A DNA stretch of 64,000 bases, from positions 320,001 to 384,000 of the forward strand of contig JANRKO010000023.1 of NCBI GenBank assembly GCA_033763455.1. Reading direction: 5' to 3'. A program made the position numbers and the translations under genes. Source of the DNA: Polyangiaceae bacterium (GTDB taxonomy: Bacteria; Myxococcota_A; Polyangia; Polyangiales; Polyangiaceae). Position 1 is the first letter of the stretch. Every line of letters starts with the position of its first letter. Shown piece after piece: positions 1-9,821 of the stretch. The notes beneath the pieces were generated by a model. The model had not been told where the DNA came from. It worked only from the letters and a program-made list of their open reading frames with translations, and ran no database searches.

Positions 1-52
1 CACCAACCAACCCCAAACCGATCAACGACTGAGCCAATGAGAGCTTCTTCAT
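1..52 (-). CDS. N-terminus of a secreted protein, truncated by the window edge
   Basis: ATG at 52 preceded by GGAG; reads MKKLSLAQSLIGLGLVG, which resembles a signal peptide, and runs off the window. Confidence 0.55.
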   Translation of the reverse strand, partial: MKKLSLAQSLIGLGLVG

Positions 53-532
53 GGTTCTAACCACTCCAAGCAAAGACGAGAAGATGACAGCAATTTTAAG
101 AATAGCTTCACACCTCGTCTCAAACAAGGACAACCAACAGTTTCACAAGCACGGCAAAGCCTGCGCAGAATGTGTGCAAAACCTGGCGCCACTCAGCAGT
201 TGACCTGAGTTTGCACGCCGAGGTCCGTGTTAGCCACCCTGTAGGTAGCAGTGGGTAACGCATCTGAGATGCCCTGCACTGAGTGGGGACAATGGTGGAT
301 ACGCTTCAGAAATACCTGTACTCGCGGCGACTTTTCCCCCTAAAACCCTATGCGCCTACCACATGCAGGCGTGTGCGACACGCCCCCCTGGGGTACCAGA
401 CCCTCCTACCAGATAGCATCGGCCGGCACGCCTGCTATCAACCATGGCGGGATCAGGTGGAGGCTGGCTTCCTGCACGGAGCCGCTGGTTTCCGCCGATG
501 GCAGTGCTCCTCCAGGCGGCGCGGAGCCGACC

Positions 533-1636
533 CTACTGCTGCCGAAGAGTCGTGAGCTCTTGAGTCGTTAATACACGATTGTATATTCGAATATCATCGA
601 TGGCGCCCCCAAAGTCATCCGGGCCGGCCACCCTCCCAACAGTGAATAACTTCGAGCCCGAGAAACCTATCCCGCCAGTGCTAGATGTCTGCTTGGTTCC
701 ATCCACATAGAGTTCGATGTCGCCCCCGGCGGTTGTGATACCCGCAATCTGATGCCAAGACCCAGCGGCCGGCGCTGTCCCAGTGGCGTCGTCCCCGTTG
801 AACCAATTCACGCCCCCAGCATCGTCAGTCAAGAACCTGAAAGTGTCAGCGAACTCAAGCAGGCCCGCACCATAGGTAACAGAGTTTGCACCAATATTAA
901 CCCAAAAGACGACAGTGAATGCGTTAGCTGTGCCGAGGCTGAAGGTGGCGCTAGCCACGCCATCGCAGTCGTTCGGATCGGTGAACGTAAGGGCCTTTCC
1001 GACCTTCCCGGCCATACCCAAGGTTGCGCAACCTGACAGCGTGAGCGTGTGGTTATTACCAGAGGAATCCATAGCGGTATTGCCATTGGCCTCATCAAAC
1101 TTCCAATGCGCGATAAGTCCGTTGGTGACAACCCCTCCGCCTGCGCCTCCGGTTGCGGGAGCGCCTCCGGTTGCCGAAGCTCCCCCCGTCGAAGTGGTGC
1201 CTCCCGCTGAGGGAGCAGACCCACCCATATTGCTCGTTCCACCCGTATTGCTCGTTCCACCTGTACTGCTCGTTCCACCCGTATTGCTCGCACCACCTGT
1301 ATTGCTCGTTCCACCAGTACTGGTAACCCCGCCGCTGTTGCTCACGCCGCCCGATTGACCCAAATTGCCACCACCGCCCGTTCCGCCACCACCGGTTCCC
1401 AGCTTACCGCCGGTGCCGCCCATTCCGCCGGCCGTGCCCACGGGAGTAAAACCCCCGGTGGTTCCGACTCCCACGCCACCCGTCGTTGTACCCTTCCCGC
1501 CCGAAGCAGGCCCGGCCCCGCCGGTAGAATCATCCACGCCGCGTAAGCCTGAGCCCGCAGGGCCCGTGCCCGTGGCGGAGCAAGCGGCAGCGATGCCGAG
1601 GGAGACGAGAAGACTTGCGAGCGCAGATGACTTCAT
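533..1636 (-). CDS. Lipoprotein with Gly/Thr/Ser-rich linker and C-terminal LamG-like (concanavalin A) jelly-roll domain
   Basis: Lipobox IAAAC; LamG-type motifs GLIAHWKFDE, FTVVFWV, WHQIA, LYVDG, FGGAIDDIRIYNRVLT. Confidence 0.85.
   Translation of the reverse strand: MKSSALASLLVSLGIAAACSATGTGPAGSGLRGVDDSTGGAGPASGGKGTTTGGVGVGTTGGFTPVGTAGGMGGTGGKLGTGGGGTGGGGNLGQSGGVSNSGGVTSTGGTSNTGGASNTGGTSSTGGTSNTGGTSNMGGSAPSAGGTTSTGGASATGGAPATGGAGGGVVTNGLIAHWKFDEANGNTAMDSSGNNHTLTLSGCATLGMAGKVGKALTFTDPNDCDGVASATFSLGTANAFTVVFWVNIGANSVTYGAGLLEFADTFRFLTDDAGGVNWFNGDDATGTAPAAGSWHQIAGITTAGGDIELYVDGTKQTSSTGGIGFSGSKLFTVGRVAGPDDFGGAIDDIRIYNRVLTTQELTTLRQQ
1221..1328. repeat. Coding tandem repeat, 18-bp unit (ccaccNgtattgctcgtt), 5 near-identical copies plus 1 degenerate copy
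   Basis: Directly visible; encodes (GGTSNT)n in the LamG lipoprotein linker. Confidence 0.9.
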
Positions 1637-1844
1637 GGGGTACCTATGAACCTATTACGAACACTTACAACTCAAGTGACGACACTCGAGAGTTCCAAGC
1701 AATATCGCGGCGGCGAGCCCCGAACAACCCTGCGCGGAGCGTGAAATTTCGGCCCCAATACCGTCAAAGGAGTAATTTTCCAGTGGAGCCCGCGGCATCC
1801 TTTCGCGGCACTCTCGCGGCGCTCTGGGAAAACGAGAAAGCGCT

Positions 1845-2573
1845 TTAGCCGGGGCCGCCCGAGCTGCCTGCCTGGGCTGCGCCACCAGACGCTGCGCCCG
1901 CTGCGCCACCAGATGCTGCGCCACCAGATGCTGCACCCGCTGCGCCACCAGGTGCTGCACCACCAGCTCCCATCCCGCCCGCTCCGCCGGTGCCAGCCCC
2001 ACAAGCGGTACCACCAGGAAGCGTCGGATCAAAGCCCGAAGGATCTACACAGCCAAAGTTCGGCCCCTGAATGAGTGTCGTATCCACCACGACGCCACAG
2101 GTTCCTTGCTGGGTGCAGCAACCAGGGAGGACAACACCCGGGGGGGCCTGTTGGAATAGAACGGATGCCTCCTGGTCGGCGCAGTTAGGCGACGTTGTGC
2201 CCGGAGCTTCCAGTGGCGCACACAAGCCGCCAAAATCGACACCACACATGGTGTTGTTCACACAACATGGGGCCAAGGCCATACCGAGATCGTACCCCTT
2301 ACACGTCGTGGCCCCGCACTGAATGCTAGCTGGTACGCCAATCGGGGCCATGCCGCCCATCGCAGCGCCGCCGGTTGCTTTACCTCCCGTGCCGCCAGTT
2401 GCTTTACCTCCCGTTGCGACACCCGGTGAACCACCGCTGCCTGTGGTTCCACCTGTTGAGCCTGCTGGCCCGTCCACTTCGCTGCTGCCACAGGCTTGAG
2501 CAGCGATGACAGTGCCAAGAGACGCAACAAGAACGAAGGAGCGAATCAAAGAGCGGGAATTGGATGAACGCAT
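1845..2573 (-). CDS. Gly-rich/Cys-rich lipoprotein of unknown function
   Basis: Lipobox AAQAC; Gly-rich linker, central domain with about 10 Cys, GGAAS-repeat tail. Confidence 0.75.
   Translation of the reverse strand: MRSSNSRSLIRSFVLVASLGTVIAAQACGSSEVDGPAGSTGGTTGSGGSPGVATGGKATGGTGGKATGGAAMGGMAPIGVPASIQCGATTCKGYDLGMALAPCCVNNTMCGVDFGGLCAPLEAPGTTSPNCADQEASVLFQQAPPGVVLPGCCTQQGTCGVVVDTTLIQGPNFGCVDPSGFDPTLPGGTACGAGTGGAGGMGAGGAAPGGAAGAASGGAASGGAAGAASGGAAQAGSSGGPG
1880..1965. repeat. Coding imperfect tandem repeat (~15-bp ccaccagatgctgcg)
   Basis: Encodes GGAAS/GAAS repeats at the C-terminus of the 1845-2573 ORF. Confidence 0.7.
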
Positions 2574-2697
2574 CCTAGGAAGGTACAGGCCACAGCGGCC
2601 ACCGACAAGCGCTCTATGATATGTGCATGTGCCACGGCCTTGTCAGACAGACCAGCAGGTTACCGTCAGCCGCTCGGCCATCAGACCTTTGCCACAA

Positions 2698-3024
2698 TCA
2701 CGCCTCGAACGAGCAGACGTATTCGGCAATGCCGCCGTCGACGCAGATATCAAAACCCGAGTTTGCGGCGACGCGGAAGTTTTCACCAGACGTGTAGGTA
2801 CGGAACTCAGCGTCACCCTTTTGACGCACCCGACAACTGCCTGCAACGATCTGCATGATCTCCGCGGCGCGTGTGTCGAAGTGAAACTCACCGGGGAAGA
2901 TGAGGCCGAGCGTCTTCTTGGAACCATCGTTAAACAGCAACGTGTGGCTTACGACCTTGCCATCGAAGTAGACATTGGCCTTCGCCACTGCCGTGACGCC
3001 TGGGAACTCGAGGGGCTGAGACAT
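2698..3024 (-). CDS. ppnP: Pyrimidine/purine nucleoside phosphorylase (DUF1255, PpnP)
   Basis: KANVYFDGKVVSH, KKTLGLIFPGEFHF, EIMQIVAG and EYVCSF are typical of the family; start reassigned to ATG 3024. Confidence 0.9.
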   Translation of the reverse strand: MSQPLEFPGVTAVAKANVYFDGKVVSHTLLFNDGSKKTLGLIFPGEFHFDTRAAEIMQIVAGSCRVRQKGDAEFRTYTSGENFRVAANSGFDICVDGGIAEYVCSFEA

Positions 3025-3192
3025 GCCGGGAAACTCGCACAGCCATTCGCTTCGCGAAAGGGTGAATGAAGGCACGGGGAAAGGCTGCCTGCGCCAGTCG
3101 ACTTCTTGCCCCGTCATTGAGCACCCCCAAAAACTCTGCTAGGTTCGCCCAGTTTCGAACGCCGTGTCCGACTTCAGACACAGAAAAGAACC

Positions 3193-4326
3193 ATGAAAGT
3201 AAAATCCACCGTCTGGCAATTCGACCCCAAGCGAGTCCAATCTCTGTTTGGTGGGCTTTCCCGCGAGATCCGAGGCCAGAAGCGACCCCCCGGGGGCTAC
3301 GCCGAGCTCGCCGATGAAATCGGGCGCTTGGCGAAGGAGCGGAACCTGGTCGCACTGGATCGCCGAAAGCTGGCCGCACTCGGTGAAGAGGTACTGGATG
3401 CGGATCTTGTGCTCACGTTGGCCGAGCTCACCACGCTCGATGAATTCCTTCGCCACAAGGGCGGACTGGGGTTTTTCTTGGGTGGCAGTGAGCGCAGCGT
3501 GCTCCACTACTTGGCGCAGTCTCGTTTAGGGGCCACGGCTCTGGTGGCGTGCCACGGCTCTTCAGATGGCGGGCAAGATACGCTAGCGCGTTTTGACGCC
3601 GACGCCTTCAGCGTACTGAAAGATCAGTTGCGCATCTACACCGAAGGGCGAGCCGATTTAGCGCTCTCCGATGTGTTTACTGAGATGCCAGAGCTTGGCG
3701 CCACTGAATGGCCCGAGCACAGCTATGAGATGTTCCGCAATGATCCGTGGCTCTCGGGCGTGCAGAAAGACACCACGAATCTGGTCATTATCGGTTCACC
3801 GCGTCGGCACCTGGGAGCATGTTACGCGGTCGCCCACGCTTTTGGGTTTTCTGACACGCCTTTTAAGCAACCAAACGAAGAGCCCTCGCTGGAGCTCCCC
3901 TTTCGCTTCTACTGGCAAGAAGCGTCCTTGCCGTCGAAGGTTTGCTACGCAAGCTCACACCGTCCGAGCCAGCTGCCCGAGGGCGTAACGCAGGCTCTTT
4001 TACCGCGCAACGATGACCCTCTGTGCATCAAGAAACAAACTGGAGAAGATTACGACACGGTGGGTGTTGTAGCTGTGCACCGAAAGGACCGAAAAGTCGC
4101 AGCCATGAACGTGCTGGCCATGGGCCTTGATGGCCCGGGCACCTTGGCCGCTGCCAAATACCTCCCTAAGTTTTTCATCAGCGAGCGCGATTGGAGCTCG
4201 GAAACGCAGGTATTTTACCAATTCCTGCGCGCCCCCGTGCATTTCGATCACAGCAAACGCGGAGATCCACGCCGGCTTTCAGCGGATCCGGATCCGATTG
4301 GCCCAGTACATCAATGGCCACGGTGA
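3193..4326 (+). CDS. Hypothetical protein; possible N-terminal HTH with a C-terminal alpha/beta domain
   Basis: 377-aa ORF filling the gap between ppnP and fbaA; motifs YAELADEI...LDRRKL, NLVIIGSP, GLDGPGTLAAA. Confidence 0.7.
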   Translation: MKVKSTVWQFDPKRVQSLFGGLSREIRGQKRPPGGYAELADEIGRLAKERNLVALDRRKLAALGEEVLDADLVLTLAELTTLDEFLRHKGGLGFFLGGSERSVLHYLAQSRLGATALVACHGSSDGGQDTLARFDADAFSVLKDQLRIYTEGRADLALSDVFTEMPELGATEWPEHSYEMFRNDPWLSGVQKDTTNLVIIGSPRRHLGACYAVAHAFGFSDTPFKQPNEEPSLELPFRFYWQEASLPSKVCYASSHRPSQLPEGVTQALLPRNDDPLCIKKQTGEDYDTVGVVAVHRKDRKVAAMNVLAMGLDGPGTLAAAKYLPKFFISERDWSSETQVFYQFLRAPVHFDHSKRGDPRRLSADPDPIGPVHQWPR

Positions 4327-4435
4327 TTCCGTCCTTTTTTCAGGTGGGAGAAAGTGCTAGGCCACCCTCCCCGCTGCCCATGAGTGGCCGGTCTTTTAGC
4401 TCAAAACACGTTTTTAGCCCAGAATAAGGAACCCC

Positions 4436-5509
4436 ATGTCGAAGTTGAAACTCAAGCCCGGGATTGTGACAGGCGACGCTCTCACGGAGCTTCACGCGTA
4501 CATGAAGAGTGCCGAGTGCGCGCTTCCCGCCGTGAACGTGATCGGCTCGCACAGCACCAACGCTGCGCTCCAAGCCGCCCGCGAGGCCAAGTGCCCGATT
4601 GTGATTCAGTTCTCAAATGGTGGCGCACATTTTTTCGTCGGCAAAGGGCTCGATAACGCGGGTGAAAAAGCTGCGATTGCTGGCGGCATCGCAGGCGCGG
4701 AGTACGTCCACCGGGCGGCTGTTGCGTATGGCGTGCCGGTAGTGCTGCATACTGACCACGCGGCGAAGAAGCTCCTTCCTTGGATCGACGGATTGATTGA
4801 AGCGGGCGAGCGCCACTTTGAAAAACACAAGGCACCGCTTTTCAGCTCGCACATGCTGGATCTTTCCGAGGAGAGCCTGAGCGAGAATCTTGAAATTTGC
4901 GCCAAAACGCTGGCCCGTATGGCGCCCCTTAAGATGACACTCGAAGTTGAGCTCGGCGTTACCGGTGGCGAGGAAGATGGTGTGGATAACACCGGCGTGG
5001 ACAACTCCAAGCTCTACACGCAGCCGGCCGATGTATTGGCCACCTACGACGCACTGCATCCCATTGGCAAGTTCACCATTGCCGCTTCTTTTGGCAATAC
5101 GCACGGCGTGTACAAGCCCGGCAACGTGAAGCTTACTCCGATAATCCTCAAGAACTCGCAGGATCATATTCAAGCTGCGCGGAAGACGGCCGCAAAGCCT
5201 GTCGATTTTGTGTTTCACGGCGGCTCAGGCTCTTCGCAGGAAGAAATCCGCGAAGCGATCTCCTACGGTGTGGTCAAGATGAACATCGACACAGATACGC
5301 AGTGGGCGTTCTGCGATCCGATCAAGAAGTACATGGATGAAAAGGGCGCCTACCTCAAATCTCAGCTAGGCAACCCCGAGGGTGAGGACAAGCCGAACAA
5401 AAAGTACATCGACCCACGCGGCTGGCTGTACCTTGGTGAAAAGGGAATGACCAAGCGCCTGGTGCAGGCCCTTGGTGATCTCAACGCGATTGGCAAGTTC
5501 GATATCTAG
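4436..5509 (+). CDS. fbaA: Fructose-bisphosphate aldolase class II
   Basis: HTDH, SSHMLDLSEE, ELGVTGGEEDG, FGNTHGVYK, VFHGGSG, KMNIDTD; RBS AAGGA. Confidence 0.97.
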   Translation: MSKLKLKPGIVTGDALTELHAYMKSAECALPAVNVIGSHSTNAALQAAREAKCPIVIQFSNGGAHFFVGKGLDNAGEKAAIAGGIAGAEYVHRAAVAYGVPVVLHTDHAAKKLLPWIDGLIEAGERHFEKHKAPLFSSHMLDLSEESLSENLEICAKTLARMAPLKMTLEVELGVTGGEEDGVDNTGVDNSKLYTQPADVLATYDALHPIGKFTIAASFGNTHGVYKPGNVKLTPIILKNSQDHIQAARKTAAKPVDFVFHGGSGSSQEEIREAISYGVVKMNIDTDTQWAFCDPIKKYMDEKGAYLKSQLGNPEGEDKPNKKYIDPRGWLYLGEKGMTKRLVQALGDLNAIGKFDI

Positions 5510-5797
5510 GGTCCCCGGCTTGCCTTGTGGCGAGTTTGACATCTAGGGTTCGCGGGCTCGCCGTGCGTGCACAAGGCACGCACGGCTCCTGCTCGGATTT
5601 TCAGCGCGTCCCCATGAGCTCGCCATGTCGCGACTCGACGGGGCCTGAAGGTCGATAAACGTTCCAGGCCGGATGGCGTGCTTGTAATGCTTGGGCTCCA
5701 TCTTCCGGTTGGCGTTTGCTCGCCATTGAAACAGGAGGGAGAGCCGAGTATTGGGTAGGTGGCGGGGCAACCCCAGGGAACGAGGAGTGGCGTGCAT

Positions 5798-8554
5798 ATG
5801 ACCGATTTGGCAACCGTGGTTCGCAGGCTTGTGGGTGGGGTGCTAGTGGCTGGCGCGATCTTGGGGGTGGAGGCTCCTCTGTTCGCGAGTGAGAACGTCG
5901 CATTGTTCGAGAGCGGGCAGGTGCGGCCGCTCGCACTTTCCCCCAGCGGTAATCTGCTGTTTGCGGTCAACACTCCGGATGCACGGTTGGAAATCTTCCG
6001 CGTACTTCCAACAGGGCTCAGTAAAGTGGATTCCGTGGCGGTCGGCTTGGAACCGGTAGCGGTCGCTGCGCGCAACGAGAATGAGGTTTGGGTCGTTAAC
6101 CACTTGTCGGACAGTGTGAGCATCGTCGATCTGCGTGGTCCAAAAGCGCGCGTGGTTCGTACGTTACAGGTTGGGGATGAACCGCGGGATATTGTATTCG
6201 GCGGCCAGCGCAAAGACCGAGCCTTCATCACCGTGGCGCACCGCGGGCAAAATGCCCCTTTTGACCCGCAATTCAATACGCCTGGCGTGGGGCGCGCGGA
6301 CGTGTGGGTATACGACGCCGATAACTTGGGGAGCGCCCTCACTGGCAACCCTATCAACATTATCAATCTGTTTACAGACACGCCTCGTGCCCTGGAGGTG
6401 AGCCCTGATGGTGGCCTCGTCTATGCCGCAGGCTTCAACACGGGGAACCGCACCACAATTGTCACGGAGTTCATTGGCCCGCCATTGCCGCCTCCCACCA
6501 CGAACTTTGAAGGCCTCCATCAGCCCAAGGTTGGCCTCATTGTCAAGAACAATGGGCAAAACTGGGTAGATGAGTTGGGGCGCCCGTGGGATGCACTCGT
6601 CAACTTCAACTTGCCAGATAAAGATGTGTTTGTGATCGACGCGTTTGCCAACCCTCCGCAGCCTGTGGAAGGCGGCGCGGGTTATTTCCAGGGCGTCGGC
6701 ACTGTTCTTTACAACATGGCGGTGAATCCAGTGTCTGGGAAGGTTTATGTTTCCAACACGGATGCGCGCAACGAGGAACGCTTTGAAGGGCCAGGCGTGT
6801 TCGCTGGGCACAGCGTCCAAGGGCGCCACAACGACAACCGCATCACCGTGCTGGGTGTGGGTGGCGCCGTCCAGCCGCGCCACTTGAACAAGCACTTGGA
6901 CAACATCAGCTGCTGCGCCTCGCTGCCCAACGCCGAAAATGCCAAGAGTGTAGGGCTTCCGACCGGCATGGTGGTGAGCGCCGACGGAAGCGAACTTTAT
7001 GTCGCGTCGCTAGGTTCTTCCGTTGTTGCCACGTACAAGACGAGCGAGCTTGAGCAAGATACGTTCGTTCCAAGTGCCGCCAATAAGATCGCCCTCACGG
7101 GGGGCGGCGCCACAGGGCTCGTATTCGACAAGCAACAGCGTCGCCTTTTCGTAATGACGCGTTTCGATAATTCTATCTCCGTGGTGGACACCCGGTTGCG
7201 CCGAGAGGTCGCCCATACGCCGATGTACACGCCCGAGCCGCCCAGCATCGTGAAGGGCCGTCACATCTTGTACGACACCCGGCTGAGCGCCAAGGGCGAT
7301 TCGGCCTGCGCCACCTGCCACGTTTTCGGCGACAAAGACGACTTGAGTTGGGACCTCGGCGACCCGGATGGCACGATGTTGGTGAACAACAATCCCTTCC
7401 GCTTTGACCTCTTACCGACACCGATAGATGTTTCCTTCCCGCCCATGAAAGGGCCTCTTGCGACGCAGAGCCTGCGCGGAATGGCCAACCACGGGCCGAT
7501 GCATTGGCGCGGAGATCGCACCGGGTCACGCACGGAGCCGAACGCTCAGCCCGATAGTGGCGCTTACAACGAACGCGAAGCGTTCCGGCAGTTCGAAGTG
7601 GCGTTTACGGGGCTCATTGGCCGAGCCGACTTACTCCCACCCGAAGACATGCAGGCGTTTGGTGACTTCGCGTTGCGCCTGATGTACCCACCAAACCCGA
7701 TCCGCAACCTCGACAACTCTCTCACTCCGGACCAGGCCGCCGGCCGTGAGTTCTTCTTCCACCGCAAGAGCGAGAAACGCCCTATTGATGGCCAGAGCGT
7801 GGAGTGCAACCACTGTCACCAAACGGATCCGGATGCGAATCGCGAATTTGGCGTGGCTTTTCCAGGGTTCTTTGGTACCGACGGGCAATCCGCACGAGAA
7901 GTGTTTGATCAGGCGTTCAAGATCCCCCATTTTCGAAATCTATACACGAAGGTCGGAATGTTCGGGATGCCCAATCTTGCGCCGCTCGTAGAACCCGTTG
8001 AAGGGCTTATGACGTTCCAGGGCGATCAAGTACGTGGCTTCGGCTATTCACGCGCCGGAGATTTCGATACCGCGCTACGTTTTCTGCACGTCACCACCTT
8101 TAGTAAGGCCTTTCTATTCGGCCCGAATCCAGACGGTTTTGATCCCGGCCCGGCCGGTTTGGCTGAACGCCTGCAAGTGCAAGCTTTCTTGCTAGCCTTC
8201 GACAGCAATAATAAGCCGATTGTTGGTCAGCAAATCACGCTCACCCGAGATTCAGCAGCCGTAGCTTGGGCCCGCGCCCAATTGCTCGCTGCGCGCGCTG
8301 ACGCGGGCGACTGTGATCTTGTAGCGAAGGTTCAGCGGGGAGGGTCGGAGCGCGGCTACTTGTACCTTGGCGGCAACCAATTCCTGAGCGATCAAGGCTC
8401 CGCAACTGTGCCAGGTACCCAAGTCTTCGGCCAAGCGGCTCTACCTCAAACGAGCGTCACCCTCACCTGTGCTCCGCTTGGCACCGGGTTCCGAAGCGCC
8501 GTCGATCGCGACGACGACGGAATCCTGGATGGTAACGACCCAACCTTGAATTGA
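5798..8554 (+). CDS. Secreted YVTN/YncE beta-propeller protein with a di-heme cytochrome c domain
   Basis: Signal peptide; propeller repeats (VAVGLEPVAV, VGDEPRDIV); two CxxCH motifs (CATCH, CNHCH); C-terminal DRDDDGILDG; RBS GAGGAG before ATG 5798. Confidence 0.85.
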   Translation: MTDLATVVRRLVGGVLVAGAILGVEAPLFASENVALFESGQVRPLALSPSGNLLFAVNTPDARLEIFRVLPTGLSKVDSVAVGLEPVAVAARNENEVWVVNHLSDSVSIVDLRGPKARVVRTLQVGDEPRDIVFGGQRKDRAFITVAHRGQNAPFDPQFNTPGVGRADVWVYDADNLGSALTGNPINIINLFTDTPRALEVSPDGGLVYAAGFNTGNRTTIVTEFIGPPLPPPTTNFEGLHQPKVGLIVKNNGQNWVDELGRPWDALVNFNLPDKDVFVIDAFANPPQPVEGGAGYFQGVGTVLYNMAVNPVSGKVYVSNTDARNEERFEGPGVFAGHSVQGRHNDNRITVLGVGGAVQPRHLNKHLDNISCCASLPNAENAKSVGLPTGMVVSADGSELYVASLGSSVVATYKTSELEQDTFVPSAANKIALTGGGATGLVFDKQQRRLFVMTRFDNSISVVDTRLRREVAHTPMYTPEPPSIVKGRHILYDTRLSAKGDSACATCHVFGDKDDLSWDLGDPDGTMLVNNNPFRFDLLPTPIDVSFPPMKGPLATQSLRGMANHGPMHWRGDRTGSRTEPNAQPDSGAYNEREAFRQFEVAFTGLIGRADLLPPEDMQAFGDFALRLMYPPNPIRNLDNSLTPDQAAGREFFFHRKSEKRPIDGQSVECNHCHQTDPDANREFGVAFPGFFGTDGQSAREVFDQAFKIPHFRNLYTKVGMFGMPNLAPLVEPVEGLMTFQGDQVRGFGYSRAGDFDTALRFLHVTTFSKAFLFGPNPDGFDPGPAGLAERLQVQAFLLAFDSNNKPIVGQQITLTRDSAAVAWARAQLLAARADAGDCDLVAKVQRGGSERGYLYLGGNQFLSDQGSATVPGTQVFGQAALPQTSVTLTCAPLGTGFRSAVDRDDDGILDGNDPTLN

Positions 8555-8556
8555 TC

Positions 8557-9045
8557 ATGAGCATGGAGACCGGGCAGCTCCCGCACAAGAAACCCAAAGC
8601 GGGGGGGCGCACGTGCGTGTACCGCGTATTTGCGGAGTACATTCTGGTGATGCACTCCGGGAACTCGCCAGCCGATGATGAATGGGCTGATCTAGTGAGA
8701 GCCTTTCGCGAATCCGACCTCAAGAACCTGCGCATCTTGGTGTTCACCTACGGTGGCGCCCCGAGTGCCCGACAGCGCGCCGCGATCAATAACGTCCTGC
8801 GCGATCACGAGCCAAGGATCGCAATTATGACACCTTCGGCTTTTGCTCGAGCCGTGGGCACCGCCATGACCTGGTTCAATCCCCACATGGCCCTGTTTGG
8901 CCCGGATCAGCTCAGCGAGGCCATGAAGCACTTGGGTTCGCCCGAACATGATCGGCCGCGGCTTCGCCTCGTATTGAGTGAGTTGGAGCGAGAGCTGGAG
9001 CGCCTATCCGGGGCACCACCGGCGCGTGCCGGTATCCGGATGTAG
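8557..9045 (+). CDS. Small STAS/SEC14-like myxobacterial protein
   Basis: P-D-EW...LVFTYGGAPSARQR...ARAVGTAMTWFNP pattern recalled from an expanded myxobacterial family. Confidence 0.65.
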   Translation: MSMETGQLPHKKPKAGGRTCVYRVFAEYILVMHSGNSPADDEWADLVRAFRESDLKNLRILVFTYGGAPSARQRAAINNVLRDHEPRIAIMTPSAFARAVGTAMTWFNPHMALFGPDQLSEAMKHLGSPEHDRPRLRLVLSELERELERLSGAPPARAGIRM

Positions 9046-9073
9046 GAGGCGATGTGGCGTAGCCTAGCTCCAG

Positions 9074-9682
9074 CTAGGCTGGCGGTGGCTTCGAGACGCT
9101 CGCCGGATCTACCCGAAGCGTCCCCTCGCGATAGCCCGCCTTCAGTTGCTCCACAGCAGCGACCACATCCAGCCCGGAAACTCGACCAGACTTGCCAATG
9201 TGAGGCAACACCCAAACGCTGGCCTCGGCGACGGAGCGATACACCTTGAGGGGGTAAGCGGGCCGAAGCGCGAGCACCAGCATGGAGAGCACGCTGCGGA
9301 ATGTTGCGGCCACAAAACCATCCCCCTCAATCACCATGGCTCCCGCCTTCATGACCTGGCCAAACTCACGAAACACGCGCTTGATGATCAGGCGAGCTTC
9401 TTCGGTAGGAGGCGGAGTGTCCGACTGAAGCACTGCAAGAAATGCGCTTCCATCGGGGCTTACCTCCTTGAGCTTACGGATCCAGCGCCGTTGCTGCTCA
9501 AAAATGCTCGGACGAGGATCCTCCTTAATAATCAAGATGAGAAGCCCGCCCATAGTGGCGGCGCAATGCTCTGGGCACACGTCGATCACCGTGGGGCTCT
9601 GGGTCGGCACAGGCTCGGGAACGGGCAAAGCTGGGCCATGGTGGCTTCCACCCCATCGATCGTCAAGGCACGGAAGACGCAT
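9074..9682 (-). CDS. Small STAS/SEC14-like myxobacterial protein
   Basis: PPPTEEAR...AMVIEGDGFVAATFRSVL...PLKVYRSVAEA; RBS GGGAG before ATG 9682. Confidence 0.65.
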   Translation of the reverse strand: MRLPCLDDRWGGSHHGPALPVPEPVPTQSPTVIDVCPEHCAATMGGLLILIIKEDPRPSIFEQQRRWIRKLKEVSPDGSAFLAVLQSDTPPPTEEARLIIKRVFREFGQVMKAGAMVIEGDGFVAATFRSVLSMLVLALRPAYPLKVYRSVAEASVWVLPHIGKSGRVSGLDVVAAVEQLKAGYREGTLRVDPASVSKPPPA

Positions 9683-9821
9683 TGTTCTCTCCCTTCGCAC
9701 GCTCGCTCTTACAATTGCCGCGGAGGTCCGCACGAGGCTGATACCGCGGTGTTGCAGGTGCCATGCAGCGCCGCTTGCTGGTGCTTGCCTCGGGCCTCAA
9801 GAACTGCGAGGTTCCGCGCAC

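Noticed and set aside
1221..1328. Regular repeats as a possible CRISPR array (also 53621-53863)
   Set aside because: The units abut with no unique spacers, are multiples of 3 bp, lie in-frame inside CDSs, and no cas genes are present.
5519..5538. Hairpin CTTGCC-TTGT-GGCGAG-TTT after fbaA as a terminator
   Set aside because: The stem is short with a G-U pair and only three T's follow; too weak to call.
5506..6381. Long antisense ORFs (e.g. 5506-6381, 9146-10006, 15141-15986, 16150-16953)
   Set aside because: They are shadow frames of well-supported genes in GC-rich DNA and have no motifs.
9468..9821. Long N-terminal extensions in the ORF track (ABC-F; likewise ppnP, vapB, DUF1552, FecR, sigma)
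   Set aside because: They overlap neighbouring or opposite-strand genes or lack family similarity; downstream starts match the family N-termini.
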